Source: Anthoceros angustus
Lineage: Eukaryota > Plantae > Anthocerotophyta
Direction: 5' to 3'
Length of the DNA stretch: 64,000 nt
Assembly (NCBI GenBank): GCA_010909165.1
Contig: MU008158.1
Coordinates: 2,567,478-2,631,477, forward strand
The notes beneath the pieces are model-generated. The model searched no databases and had not been told where the DNA came from. It saw nothing but the letters and a program-made list of their open reading frames with translations. The translations under genes and the position numbers were made by a program. Position 1 is the first letter of the stretch. Each line of letters starts with the position of its first letter. Positions 24,066 to 37,269 of this stretch are shown one piece after another.

Positions 24066-27000
24066 TGTAAAGCGATCGGACTTGAAACCCTGCTGGGACG
24101 CGGGTTCGGAAGTGTTTTTTTGTTTTTTTGGGAGTGTGGTGTGAAAATAAGTCGGGTTGGTAGGCGAGGTATTTATAGAAGAAATGCCTTGGCCTATGGA
24201 TTCTTTCTTGTTTTGATTTTTAGAAAATAAATGGTCCGGAATTTGGTGTTCCTTGGCCCATGGACTGGAATGTTCCCTAAAAGTCTATATATGTGAGATA
24301 GGGGGTTGGAATAATTAGAGTGTGATAGTCTATAAGTTGGGGTCGACCGACGCGGTAGAGGAATGAGTGTGGGGTTGTGGATTGGGATGGGGAAGCCGAG
24401 AGGTCGAACAGAGTAGGGGAACCGGGAAACTTAACCCTAGGAATGATGTAATGCTCAAACAACGGAGCGCAACGGCGGCCGGACGGAGCGAGCGAGCGCG
24501 ACGACGCCGGGCGACGGTCGAGGAGCCGTGTCCGGGGCACCGTGATCGCAGGAGGCGCGAGGCGCAACGACGGGAAGGAGCTCAACCCCGCCGACATCGC
24601 GAGGCGCGACGCGGAGGAGGAAGGCGCGATGACAGCGCGCCTTGCCGAGGAGGTAGGAACTCGAGACCGACCGTGAAATTCGCAGAGGTGGCGTTGGTTT
24701 GTGGCGCGAGACCAGAAGACCGTGAGAGGGATGGCGCCAAGGTCACCACCGAAATTGTGCTTGCCAATGGCCGAACATGGATCATTGGAAAGTTCGAGCT
24801 GAGTGAAGGAGTCAAGCCGGGTTTCATGGAAGAGCGGTGGAATTACATGAACTGGACTGCAGGAGTGTGCGCACACCAAGGACAACAAAGGGGGGATTTA
24901 GAGCGAAGCCGCAGGATTGGGACCGGAGGGTTAGGGGGCGGCGAAGGAGGAGGCGGGTTTGGTGATGGAGCTGCCCCGAAAAGAAGCACGGCAAGCAGCA
25001 GCCGCCCGTTAAAGCGGCGATCATGAACCCAACGGCCGGTTGACGAGGGATTTGGCAACGCAGCTTGATGGGTCCGCCAGTGGCTCCTATGTTTCTCGCA
25101 CAAGAAGTGTGATTATTTGTCCGACCACTTGCCGCCGCTCCTTCATGAAGTGGTCAAGGGGCGAAGATCGATTAAATTCTCTTGTTGTGTGAAGAGAGGT
25201 TGAACTTGATTTCCTCGCCCCTCTCTAATCTCACCATTTCGTCCATCTTTATGTTTACGCTAACTGCCCCGCGAGGTGGAGATTGTAGCCTCCTCCACAT
25301 GTGGAAGCTTAGGGAGGTGAAGTGGAAGGCGGAGGAGCCCAAGGAGGAAAAATCGGATAGCCGGGAGTCGGTGGCGTGCCTGGAGGAGGAGAAGGAAATT
25401 CCACCAAAGAAAAGGAGGAAGACCGGGGTGAAAGGCGGGCATCAAAAGGTGAAGCGGACGCGCACTGTGTCAAAACGCCACACAGAAAATGAAAGCCAAA
25501 CAGCTTGGAGGTGGCGAAGAGGAGGCGCGATCCGAGGACAACGACCGGATGATGATGAATCAACTCCGAGGGTTTAGGCTGACCTCGAGGCGGACCCTCC
25601 TCAAAGATGGGAAGAGATTTTCAAGGGACTCCACGCAGAGGTGGATGCAACCGAATTGGTGAGGGTGCACTGCCGGGAGGAAAGTTCTCGAGAGGGATGG
25701 CGTCGCGGGCCGCCACAACAAGTGGACTTGGAGCCGACCACGCCGATGATCCGGCCCAAGCATTTGTTGGATCAAGCGGCTTTAGCTCACCGCCTGTGCA
25801 GGACGGGAGGAAGTGGTGAAGGCCGTTTTAAGAGGAGGCCAAGCGCAAGCAATTGGAGGAAGACAAGCGGAACCTAGAGGAAATAAGGGCCAAGATTCAA
25901 GAAGATTTGTGTGGGGCCTGTGAGAAGTTGCAAGCCATGACGAGCCAGGAAGCACTCATGGCTCAAATTAAGGATGCCCACGAGACGAACCAGAGATGCA
26001 GGGGAGTTGCGAGCCCAGAGCGTGAGGCGGCCTCGGGAAAAGGCCCATCTAGCGGAGCGATATAAGGGAGGATGAGGCACGCCGGGCCGTAAAAGACAAA
26101 GGGAAGGGGAAGGGGCAGTGACCACGATCGAGTAGCGGAAGGCCTACCGAGGAAGGAAGCAACCGAGGTAGCAAAACTCACCTACCAAGGTTGTCGAACG
26201 AACGACGGCCGTGGAGTCCATCATGTAGTCGAAACCGCCACGACATTGGCGCAACCAACCCGGGTGGGCGGGCGACAGGTGCGACGTGGCGCGAGGACAT
26301 AGGCTGTGCAACTGTGTGTAGCCTACGGGAGGAGGGGTAAGCACCTCACCGCATTAGGGGGTCCTATTATATTACGGCACATGGATGAGGAAACTTATGT
26401 GCCTCGGTCTATATGTGAATGGAGAACGCGCTTAACCTCACCCATGTGCGGTGGAAATAGGAGGGATCTACCTACTGCAAGTGAGGACCCGGCATACTTC
26501 TACCACCGCCGTGTGGGGGTTGGCCCCCTATTATGCGCGGAGGCGACTTTGGAGGAGTTGAGCGAGGAGGAGGTCCAGCTTGGGACGAGGAGAATAATCC
26601 TCGAATAGGCCTGAAGATGCGGAAGCCCCAGGTGGTACACCTCAAATTCGACGCCCAAGAAGGATGAGGTGGAAGTAGTGTGGGAGAACCCGTCCGACCA
26701 GCGCGTGGTGAGCAGCAATGGAGAAATGGCCAAGTCGAGGTAGGGCCAGAGAGGGTGAGGTGGTAGCAACCTAAAGATAATTTGGTTAGATGTCGACCGA
26801 CCTAGGATCGCCCGAATTGTGGGCGTCTTCGTGATAGCCATCTTAGGACCTAAAATCCGGGCATGGTGCCCCAGATGTATAAGAGGGGCAATTAGGTCCC
26901 TCACGCCGATAACTCGGGTTGAGATCCCCACGCCTGGCTGGTTGGAGACGTCCGATTGACAGAGGTGGTGTGCGCGAGACGCTCCTAGGGGTGGTCGAGC

Positions 27001-27755
27001 TTGCTCCGCAAGGGAGGAGGAGGATAATCTTGCCGACAAGGAGGAGGAAGGGATTGGCGGGCGGTCCGGAGCTTGCTCGCCGCCGACGCCTGGGGTTCTT
27101 CTCCTTCACACTTGTCCTGGTTGTGTTCAAATTGAGAGAAGTGTTGAGTGGATGGTTGAAGCCCGCGGAGTTGAGGGAGAGAGAGAGAGAGAAGATTGGG
27201 TGAAGGAGTGACAAACATGGCGCGAGGTGTGAGAGGGGTTGAGAAGAACTAAGGAGACTGGAGGTGTGTGAGAATCCAAAAGAAAACCAAACCGGTTGGT
27301 GGAAGTGCACAGGGGAACAACGCTCGTAAATTGTGTGAGTGTGGCGCCTTTGTGTGTGTGTGTGTGAGGAGCGGTGAGGATGGAATTTGGTCCCTAGGAA
27401 TGTGTGTGCATGAAGTGTGAGTGCAATAACCGATCCGGATGGGGCGACGTGTGATCGCCGCAAATAAGTCGCTAGGGTTTGGTGGGACCCACCTGGTGAA
27501 GCAACTACCCCAGAGAGCCACCGCGGGTGGAATGAGATTTGCGGTCGTGGAATAAGAGTGGTGGGACAAGACGGGGGTAGTAGGGAGAGTAGATAGGTGA
27601 GGAGTAGTAGCAAGTAAGTCTTGACTTAGGTGAAGGTTGGTGTGATAGAAGCGCCTTGGCACAAACCATTCCCTTGGGAGCGAATCCTAAGCCTACAACG
27701 ACATTGAGGGTGAATGTGGACCTCACGGTGTCCCGACACGAATCCACACTCCACA
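24066..27755 (+). repeat. 5' LTR (~3.69 kb)
   Basis: Colinear with 33587-37265 along its length, starts TG, ends CA, followed by the PBS. Confidence 0.9.
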
Positions 27756-30700
27756 TTTTGGCGCTGCCGGGAATGGAATCGCAAGGACGAGGTAGAACTA
27801 ACCATAGCTAAGTAGAGTCTAGCATTACTAGATTGATGGATGCCTCGTGGAGACAAGCGATTCGATCCGACCGGGGAAACGCTCGCAAGACAACGCCGCA
27901 AGCGAAAGATTGCGAGAGTTACGAGGAGAGCACGGCGGAGATCACACTTGCGAGAGGAAGAGGGCGGAGTCAACTTAACTAGGGATCGGATCTTAACGGA
28001 TTGATTCCCAACTCTCGACTACGGTACAAGGGCCGTACCGATTCCACCTTGTCTTTTGATCTCGCCCGATTGCCTAGACCACCGGTCCAAACTGTGAATG
28101 TAGAGGTCCCGCACGTAGTGCGCCAACTACCGCAGCTGCTGAAAGTACTACCCGGTAGTTATGGCGATCTCGTGCTTGTTACTACTAAGCAATCTTACCC
28201 GTTGTATGGAGAAAAGAAGGGCCATGAGGATCCCGACGAGTTTGTCGAGCTTTGAGCCTGACGCCACAACCGTGAGGATGCGATCGTGCCCACTGCTTTA
28301 TGGAGTCTTACGCGAGCGGCGCCAAGTGGTACAAGCGAGTACATAGCTTCCCACACCCCGCCTACTTTGGGGCCTTGAAGAGAGCTTTTGTGAAAGATCA
28401 GGGGTCGATGTGGAAGGATATGTCTTGTCCAAACTCGAGGGATTGAGAGGGAAGAAGGAGACCCCGGCTTATGTGGAAAGGTTCCACCCCACGGATCGGG
28501 CCGGTCCGCACGAGCTAATGGCCATTCACCGGTTTGCAAGAGGATTGGGCGGAGATGGGAAGGCACGCGTCCAGTGAGAAAGATTTGGATCGGGCGATTA
28601 AAGCCCGAACTATGAGGAGTCCAACGCGAAGAGAAGAAGAACTCGAACAAGGGCGCAAAGGACAAAAAGAAATACAAAAGAAGAAGAAGTACTATTCGCC
28701 TCGATGACAGCCCGCTGGAGGAGGATAGTTTTCAACCGACTGGGTAGCTCCACCAAGAGGAGACCGAGGATTCGGAGGAGAATTCGAAGGTGAGCGCAAA
28801 TCAAGGGATAGAAGGAAGAAGGGAAAAATGACTGGAAACAAGACGACGCGTGCAAAAGGGAAGGAGCTATATGCACGAAAGGACGCGGAGTGTGAGAAGA
28901 GAGGTGGAAACCCAAAAAGTGGAGCAACAAGGGAACAAGATGGAGGAAATGATGGTCAAACCGAGAAACTCCATCTTAATGCCATCAAGGACCATGATAG
29001 AAGAAGGGTTGCTACCGGAGCGGGCGAATCTCTTCTTCAACTTGTGGATGAGGGCACTAGGTCGAATCGTGCCCACAAACAAAAGTGCAACCATCTGGCT
29101 AGGAAGAGGATGAGGAGATGTGCTTGGAAGATACATACCAAATTCAAGAGGCAACACCGATCTCGGGTACCAAAACTTTGTTCCTCGAGTTTGAAACTGT
29201 ATGGGCATTCGCAATCGATGGCAAGGAACCCCGCAAATGAGTGCCATGTTACACAATTGCCGAGGGTTCGCATCTTGCTGGATGCCCCTCCGCATCTCGC
29301 CAGGGAATGGTGATTTTGAAAGGTCAGGTGTGGACCGCAAGCAATCCACGTAGGGCAGCTCAGACACAAAACAGTGAGGATCGCTCAACCTCCGGCATGG
29401 CGACCCACCCAGAAAGCCTGCCGCAATGCAAGTCAAGATGCGCCATGGTATGGGAGGATTCCGAGGCCGCTTGAGGAGCCCGGAAGGGTTGGGGATGTGG
29501 AGGGTATTACGGAACTCCTGGCGGCTGCTCGGACGCGGAGCGGCGAGAGGAAGGCGGACACCCTAAGAAGGGGAACGGGGAAAAAGGAAGAAGAACGGAG
29601 TGGGAGCTTCCATAACGTCCGCAAGTGAGGAGGAAGAGGCGCCTTCATCAAAGCGGGAAGGAAGAGAAGTCCAACCAAAAAACGAGGGACTCGGTAAGCC
29701 GAAAAAGGGCAATCCAATGGACGGGAGCAAGGCACGAACGCCACACTTAACGCGAGGGTTGCGATTTCACAGTGTAACTCCCTTAGCCGAGACCGCTGGA
29801 TTCGAGGGGTGAAGTGCAACGAGGACAAGAAGTGGGACTCGAGTACATGGGCGAAAACCCGCAAGAGGAAAAAGGATGAGTCGGCTTCCGCCGGCGTCGG
29901 GAAGTTATGGATATGATCCGACAAGAATCGAACAGACTCCGTATTTTGGCCATCGACACCACCCACCACGCCACCTGCTTCAACGACCGCAACATCTCAA
30001 AGCTACCGCTGCTGAAATGACGGTGGGGTTGGCAAGGAGAGCAGCACAGTGTGTTCCTTTCAATTTGGCGCTATCATGGACCAAAAGTTCATGATAACAT
30101 GATCTCGTGGACAATGGGGCCGCCAAAGAACTGTGAAGCACAACCCAAGAAGAGACGGAACCTTTCCACCCCAAGGCAAACCCCTTGTGAATATGGTGGC
30201 CATGATGGACTGACCATGAGCTAGAGAAATTATGGATGTGTAATCAAGAAGGTGCCGCTAGATTCCGGGTCGAGTCAACATCATGACAGAGGAGACCGCC
30301 TAAGCTTGGGGCGATAGAACATACATCAAAGGTGTTGCAAGTGACATGTCCAAAATGGCGCCGTAGGGGAGTTGACGGAGTCCTAACCCATATTGGTACC
30401 ATTCCGCACTCATGGACTACGTGGTCATTAAACAAAAAGCGCCAGGTATGAGGTTCTCATTGACGAACATGGATGTATGGGGCACGTTGCACCTTCAAAT
30501 GGGCAAGAAAGGAAGTGGGATTCAAACCTGACTGGGACCCCAAAATTAAGGAGGAAGGATATGTTTGACTTGGAGCAGATACGCAGGGAGACACCCACGA
30601 AACGGAGGGATACACCTCTCAAGATACCTGGGGAGGATGAGAAGGAGAAATTCGCACATATTTCGTGGTCGATGAAGAGGACGACACGGAGAGATATTCC

Positions 30701-33586
30701 CATTCCATCAACCTATTAGGGTGCTATGGAGTCACAATTGACAACCCGGGGAGGAGATCGGGACCAGGAGAGGTCGAGGAAGAAGTAGAGGTGGTCGAGC
30801 CGGGAGCGACGATCCGGACAAACTTCGGAGGGTGCGAGGAGGTGTCTCACGCTTTACCTCGACCTATTCCGGAATGCGCAAGGAGAACCAAGACAGGAGG
30901 AAGGGTTCGCATCACATCCGCCGGTGGAGAGAGTGGTGCACGGATGAGGTCAAGGATGTGGAAGTGTTGCCCGCAAGGTCCTTAAGTTTTCGAAGGATGA
31001 ATGCAGACTTGGAAAGGGGTATGAAACAAACATGGAATTTATCCACGTTTTGCTTTTGACGTTAAGGACATGAAGGGTATACCAGGGAGTGGGGAGCACA
31101 AGATTGATCTCGAGCCGGTGCCGTCAACCGGACACGCAATACAAGCTAAATCCAAAGTATTCGAAGGTAAAGGAACAATTGGAGCTTTACTTGCACGGAC
31201 GTCATATATCCTATTGTGACATCGGAGTGGGTAGCCCCAATTGTGGTGGTTCCCAAAAGCGTAAAAGATACGCCAGATTGGAGGAAGTTAAACAAGGTGA
31301 CCAAAAAGACCATTACCCGCTTCCATTCATAGACAACATAATCGGACTTAGTTGTGGAGAATGGTCTACCTGCTTCTCGGATGGGTATTCGGGTATAATC
31401 CTACATCTCGTGAGAGTGATTGGCCACTAATGCCCTTCACTACGATCGGGAACCTATGCCTACAAACGGAGTGCGTCGGATTAACAGGCACCGTGATCCT
31501 TCATGGACTCAAGATTTTCAAGGAATACCTTAGGGACTTCATGGAGGTCTTCCGGATGACTTCGTGTTTGAGCAACAAAGATCACCTCAACCACCTTCGC
31601 AAATGAACGGTGTCAATGACCCAATTGTGTCTACATCCCGAGAAATGTTATTTCGCATGCCGAGGGTATTTTGTTGGGGCACCGATTGCGGGATAGAGGT
31701 CCCGGATAAGGTCAAAATCATTATCCTCAAGCCACCTACCACAATCAAGGAGCTTAGGGATTCCTCGGAATGGTAGGCTATTATCGAAGGTTTGTGAAGA
31801 ATTTTCCGTAAGGCGCCCGCTACGTAATCGCCGCACCAGGAGTGGAATGGACGCAAAACGAGAGGAGGCCTTCAATGATCTTCGACCACCGATCACCACG
31901 CCGGGGCCGGATCGAGCAAGAAGTTCCACGTGTTTGTAGACGCCGCCTATGCAATCGGTACCATTCTAAGCCAAAGGGATGACAAGAAGCACGATTATCC
32001 AATCTATTATGCAGGAGGCACGACGAGAAGAAGTATACCACCACCGAGAGGGAGGCGATGGTGGTACTGTTCGCAAGTTTCACTATTTGCTATCCTACGA
32101 GTTCGTCTTCCATGTGGACCACTTCGCCTCAAACACCGTAAACAAACCGACTTGTCCGGACGCATAGCAAGATGGATCCTACTCGCAAGAATTCACGCTC
32201 ACGGTGGAGACCAGAGGAGGGAGTAAACATGTGAATGCAGATTACATTTCGAGGCCGAAAGAGGAGGTTACACAGACCAAAACGACGATTTTCCCGATGA
32301 AGCTGTTCGCATGAGTTAGAGGGGCGACTACAACCATAAGGCGAGGGTAAATGGTGGCTCGGCAGAAATGAGAAGGGAGAACGGATACACAAGGCCCACC
32401 CACGAGGAGATGATGGAATTCGGAACGGGAAAATACCATCGGATCTTTCAAACCCCGCGGTGCGCAGCACTATTCGCGCTTTGTACGACGCAAAGACAAT
32501 CAGTAAATCGGGACCGGATGGGCGGACAGTTATGGGTAACAAGGAGCAAAGTTATCCGATTTGAGATGCACGAGGGGAAGCGGGGACATTTTGGCACATA
32601 TCACGCAAGAAGGTGCTTGAAACGGGTATTGGTGGCAAACCATGCATCGGATGCTAGGAGTTTGTTAAACGCTGCGATGCCCGCCGAGGGTTGGGAAACC
32701 GTCAACCCAATGGCCAATGGTTCCGATATTGGCCCTGGCGCCATTTGAGAAATGGGGAATAGATTTTGTTGGTCCCATACAGCCAAAAACGAAGACGCGA
32801 CAAAACCAATACATCCTCGTGGCCACAGACTATTGCACGCGTATGGTGGAAGCCCAAGCACTACAGGTAGACACAGCTCATGTAGTGGCCAGGTTCCTCT
32901 ATGAACATATTATCACTCGATATGGCTGTCCCTTGGAGCTTGTCAGCGACAGAGGGTCACATTTCGTCAACGAAGTTATATCTCATATGACGATCTACTT
33001 CAACGTTCGCCACAGGAAAACGACTCCTTATAATCCCAAGGCAAATGGCTTAACGGAAAAGGCGAATGGGCTCGCGTGATCCTCAACAAGCTAACGGTGG
33101 AATACGCACGATCGGGATCTTAAGCTTCACTCCGCGCCTGGGCATACAGGATCGCAGAGAAAATAACAACGCAACAAACACCGCATTACCTCACCACGGC
33201 CATTCTCCTAATGCCTATTGAGTTTGAAATTCCCCGCGATCCAGAAACTAACCGCATGGCGAGAGGAAAGTCACCGAACGCCTGTCACTTCGCTAAACAT
33301 ACAGAGGATAGGAAGGAGCGCCATGTGATATTCAAAGAAACGGAAAATATGGCATGACAATCGGTTGCGGAAGCAAGAGTGGGTAGTTCGTGACTTGGCC
33401 TCAGACGACAATAGGTACATGCACTTTCCGCAAGCTCCACCTTCGATGGATGGGGCCATAGTTCTCAAGTCTCAATGGATCTCAACAACGCAAGAATTAG
33501 GTGGCCTCCACTACCAACCCGAGTCAATGGGTGGAGGGTCAAGAAGTATTATATAAGTTGGGACGCCAACAAATGAGAAGGGAGTA

Positions 33587-36500
33587 TGTAAACGATCTAC
33601 TTGAAACCCCTGTAAAATGTGCCCAAGTGTTTTTTTTTTGTTTTTGGCCGAGTGGTGTGAAAATAAGTCGTAGAGGGAGGTATATTAGAAGAAATGTCCT
33701 TGGCCTATGGAGTTCTTTTGTTTTGATTTTAGGTTAGAAAATAAATGGTCCGAATTTGGTGTTCCTTGGCCCATGGACTGGAATGTTCCCAAAAAGTCTA
33801 TATATGTGAGATAGGGGGTAAATAATTAGAGTCTATAAGTTGGGGTCGACCGGCCAGAGAAATGAGTGTGGATTGGATGTGGGGAAGCTGAGAGGTCTAA
33901 CAGAGTAGGGGAACCCGGGAAACTTAACCCTAGGAATGAGTAATCCTGCTCAAACAACGGAGCGCAACGGCGGCCGGACGGGAGCGAGCGGGAGCGACGA
34001 CGGCCGGGCGCGACGGTCGAGGAGCCGTGTCCGGGGCACCGTGCAGGAGGGCGCGAGGCGCAACGGCGGGAAGGAGCTCAACCCCACGGATATCGCGAGG
34101 CGCGACGCGGAGGAGGAAGGGCGGCGCGCCGCGCGCCCTTGCCGAGGAGGTAGGAACCCCGAGACCGACAGAAATTCGCAGCAGGTGGCGTTTGAGGCGC
34201 GAGACCGTGAAGACTGAGAGGGATGGCGCCAAGGTCACCACCGAAATTGTGCTTGCCCAATGGCCGAACATGGATCATTGGAAAGTTCGATGGGTGAAGG
34301 AGTCAAGCCGGGTTTCATGGAAGAGCGCGGGAACTCGACTGTGAGGCACACCGGGACAAACAAAGCGGGGATTTAGAGCGCCGCAGGATTGGGACCGGAG
34401 CTGGTTAGAAGGGTGTATGGCGCAGAAGGAGGAGGCGGGCGGTTGGTGATGGAGCCGCCCAGAAAAGAAGCACGCAAGGCAGCAGCCGCCCGTTAAAGCG
34501 GGCGACGCGAACCCAACGGCCGGTTGACGAGGGACGGCAACCGCAGCTTGATGGGTCCGCCGTGGCTCCTATGCAGACAAGAAGCGATTATTTGTCCGAC
34601 CACTTGCCGCTCCTTCATGAAGTGGTCAAGGGCGATCGATTAGCAATTCTCATGAAGAGAGGTTGAACTTGATTTCCGCCGGCCCTCTAATCTCACCATC
34701 GTCCATCTTTATGTTTACGCTAACCGCCCGCCGAGGTGGAGATTGTAGCCTCCTCCACATGTGGAAGCTTAGGGAGGTGAAATGGAAGGCGGAGGAGCCC
34801 AAGGAGGAAAAATCGGATAGCTGGGAGTCGGGCGACAGCCTGGAGGAGGAGAAGGAAATTCCCACCAAAAAGGAGGAAGACCGGGGTGAAAGGCGGCATC
34901 GGGTGAAAGGCGGACGCGGCCACCAGTCGAAAACGCGCCTGGCCATGAAAGCCAAGCCGGTGGAGGTGGCAAGAGGAGGCGCGATCCGAGGACAAACGAC
35001 TGGATGCGATGATGAATCAACTCCGGAGGGTTTAGGGTCGACCTCGGACCCCCTCATGGGAAGAGATTTTCAAGGGACTCCACCGGCAACAGAGGTGGAT
35101 GCAACCGAATTGGTGAGGGTGCGCACTGGGGAGGAAAGTTCTCGAGGGATGGCGCTGGGGCCGCCACAACAAGTGGACTGTGAGCCGACCACGCCGGCGA
35201 TCCGGGCCCAAGCATTTGTTGGATCAAGCGGCTTTAGCTCTCACCGCTCAGAGGGCGACGGAGGAAGTGGTGAAGGCGTTTGACGAAGAGGAGGCCAAGC
35301 GCAAGCAATCGGAGGAAGACAAGCGGAACCTAGAGGAAATAAGGGCCAAGATTCAAGAAGATTTGTGCAGGCCTGTGAGAAGTTGCAAGCCATGACGAGC
35401 AGGAAGCACTCATGGCTCAAATTAAGGATGCCCACGACGAACCAGAGATGCAGGGGAGTTGCAGAGCCCAGAGGAGGCGGCCTCGGGAAAAGGCCCATAA
35501 GCTAGCGGAGCGATAAACGGAGCGGATGAGGCACGTACGGGCCGTAAAAGACAAAGGGAAGGGGAAGCGGTAGGTGACCACGATCGAGTAGGGAACTACG
35601 AGCGGAAGGAAGGAACCGAGGTAGCCGAAACCTCACCTACCAAGGTTCGAACTAACGACGGCCGTGGAGTCCACTACAGTAGTCGAAACCACACATTGGC
35701 GCAACCAACCCGGAAGGTGCGGGGCGGGCGAGTGGTGCGACGTGGCGCCGCGAGGACATAGGCCAGCAACTGTAGCCTACGGAGGAGGGGCACCTCACCG
35801 CAGTAGGGTCCTATTATATACGGCACATGGATGAGGAAACTTATGTGCCCGGTCTATATGTGAATGGAGAACGCTTAACCTCACCGCCCATGTGCGTGGA
35901 AATAGGAGGGATCGTACCTAATCGCAAGTGAGGACCAAGTGCATACTTCTACCATCGCGCCGAGTGGGGGGTCCCCATTATGGAGGCGACTTTGGAGGAG
36001 TTGAGCGAGGAGGAGGTCCAGCTTGGGTGGACGAGGAACCGTAATAATCCTCAAGAATAGGCGGCCAGGAAGATGCGAAGCCCAGGCGGTACACCTCAAA
36101 TTCGACGCCCAGCAGGATGTGAGGTGGAAGTAGTGTGGAGAACCCGACCGGCAAGGTGAGAGCTCGTGGCGGCAAAGAATGGAGGATGAGCCACCAAGTC
36201 GAGGTAGGGCGCAGCAGAGCGAGGGGTGGTAGCATCCTAAAGATAATTTGGTTAGGTGTAACCGACCTAGGATCGCCCAATTGTGGGCGCTCTTGATAGC
36301 CATCTTAGACCTAAAATCCGGGCATGGTGCCACCGATGTATAAGAGGGGCAACTTAGGTCCCACCACAGATAACCCCGTTGAGATCCCCACGCCTGGTGG
36401 CTGGCTGGAGACGTTGATGAGGTGGTGTGGCGCGAGACGCCTCCTAGGGGTGGTCGAGCTTGCTCCGCAACGGGGGAGGAGGTGATGGAGCAATTTGCCG

Positions 36501-37265
36501 AACCGGAGGAGGAAGCCAAGGGATCGGGCGCGGGTCCGGAGCTTGCTCGTAACGCCTCCGTGACGCAGTTTCTTCCTCCTTCACCTTTAAACCCGAAAGT
36601 TGTGTTCAAATCGTGGAGTGTGTGAGTGGATGGTTGAAGCCTGTGCGAATTGAGGGAGGGAGAGAGAGAGAGAAGAGATCGGGTGAAGGAGAGATCAAAT
36701 GTCAGACGGCGAGGTGTGAGATCGTGGGGAAGAGAAGGTGAGCGAATTGGAGCGTTAGTGGAGAATTGTGTGTGATTGAGAAACTCAAACCGTGCAAGTG
36801 AAAGTGCACAAGGAAACAACGCCTGGTAGAAACCGTGGGGGTGGCGCCTTCCGTGTGTGTGTGTGTGTGAGGAGCGAGTGAGGCATCCTAGGAACTTTGG
36901 TCTCTAGGGAACGGAGCGCGAAGTGTGGAGTGCAGCACCGACCAGGAGCGCCCGTGATGTGATCCGCCGCCCGCACTAGATGAGTTACTAGGGTTTGGTG
37001 GGACCCACCGGTGGTTGTAGCAACTACCAGAGTGGCTCCGAACGGGGTCGGAAACCCAGATTTGCGGGCCGGGAAGTTAGGTCCGTGGTAGTTGGATAAG
37101 ATGTGGGGTAGTCGTAGAGGAGTAGTGAGAGTAGCGGTCCACCTGTGCTTAGGCAAAGGTTGGTAGTGATAGCGTCTTTTGGCACAAACCATTCCCTTGG
37201 GAGCGAATCCCAGGACTACAACGACATTGAGGGTAAATGTGGACCTCACCGTGCCCCACTACACA
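33587..37265 (+). repeat. 3' LTR (~3.68 kb)
   Basis: Preceded by the PPT; colinear with the 5' LTR. Confidence 0.9.
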
Positions 37266-37269
37266 GGTC

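Larger units (their letters stand above)
24066..37265 (+). mobile_element. Full-length non-chromovirus (Athila/Phygy-like) Ty3/Gypsy with ~3.7 kb LTRs, frameshifted
   Basis: LTRs 24066-27755 and 33587-37265 (TGTAAA...CA); PBS TGGCGCTGCCGGGA 27759-27772; PPT GAGAAGGGAG 33575-33584; gag ~28000-29300; RT DHYPLPFIDNII and DGYSGYN (~31308-31400); RH FHVFVDA...GTILSQ; INT WGIDFVGPIQP...YILVATDYCTRMVEA (32717-33079). Confidence 0.92.
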
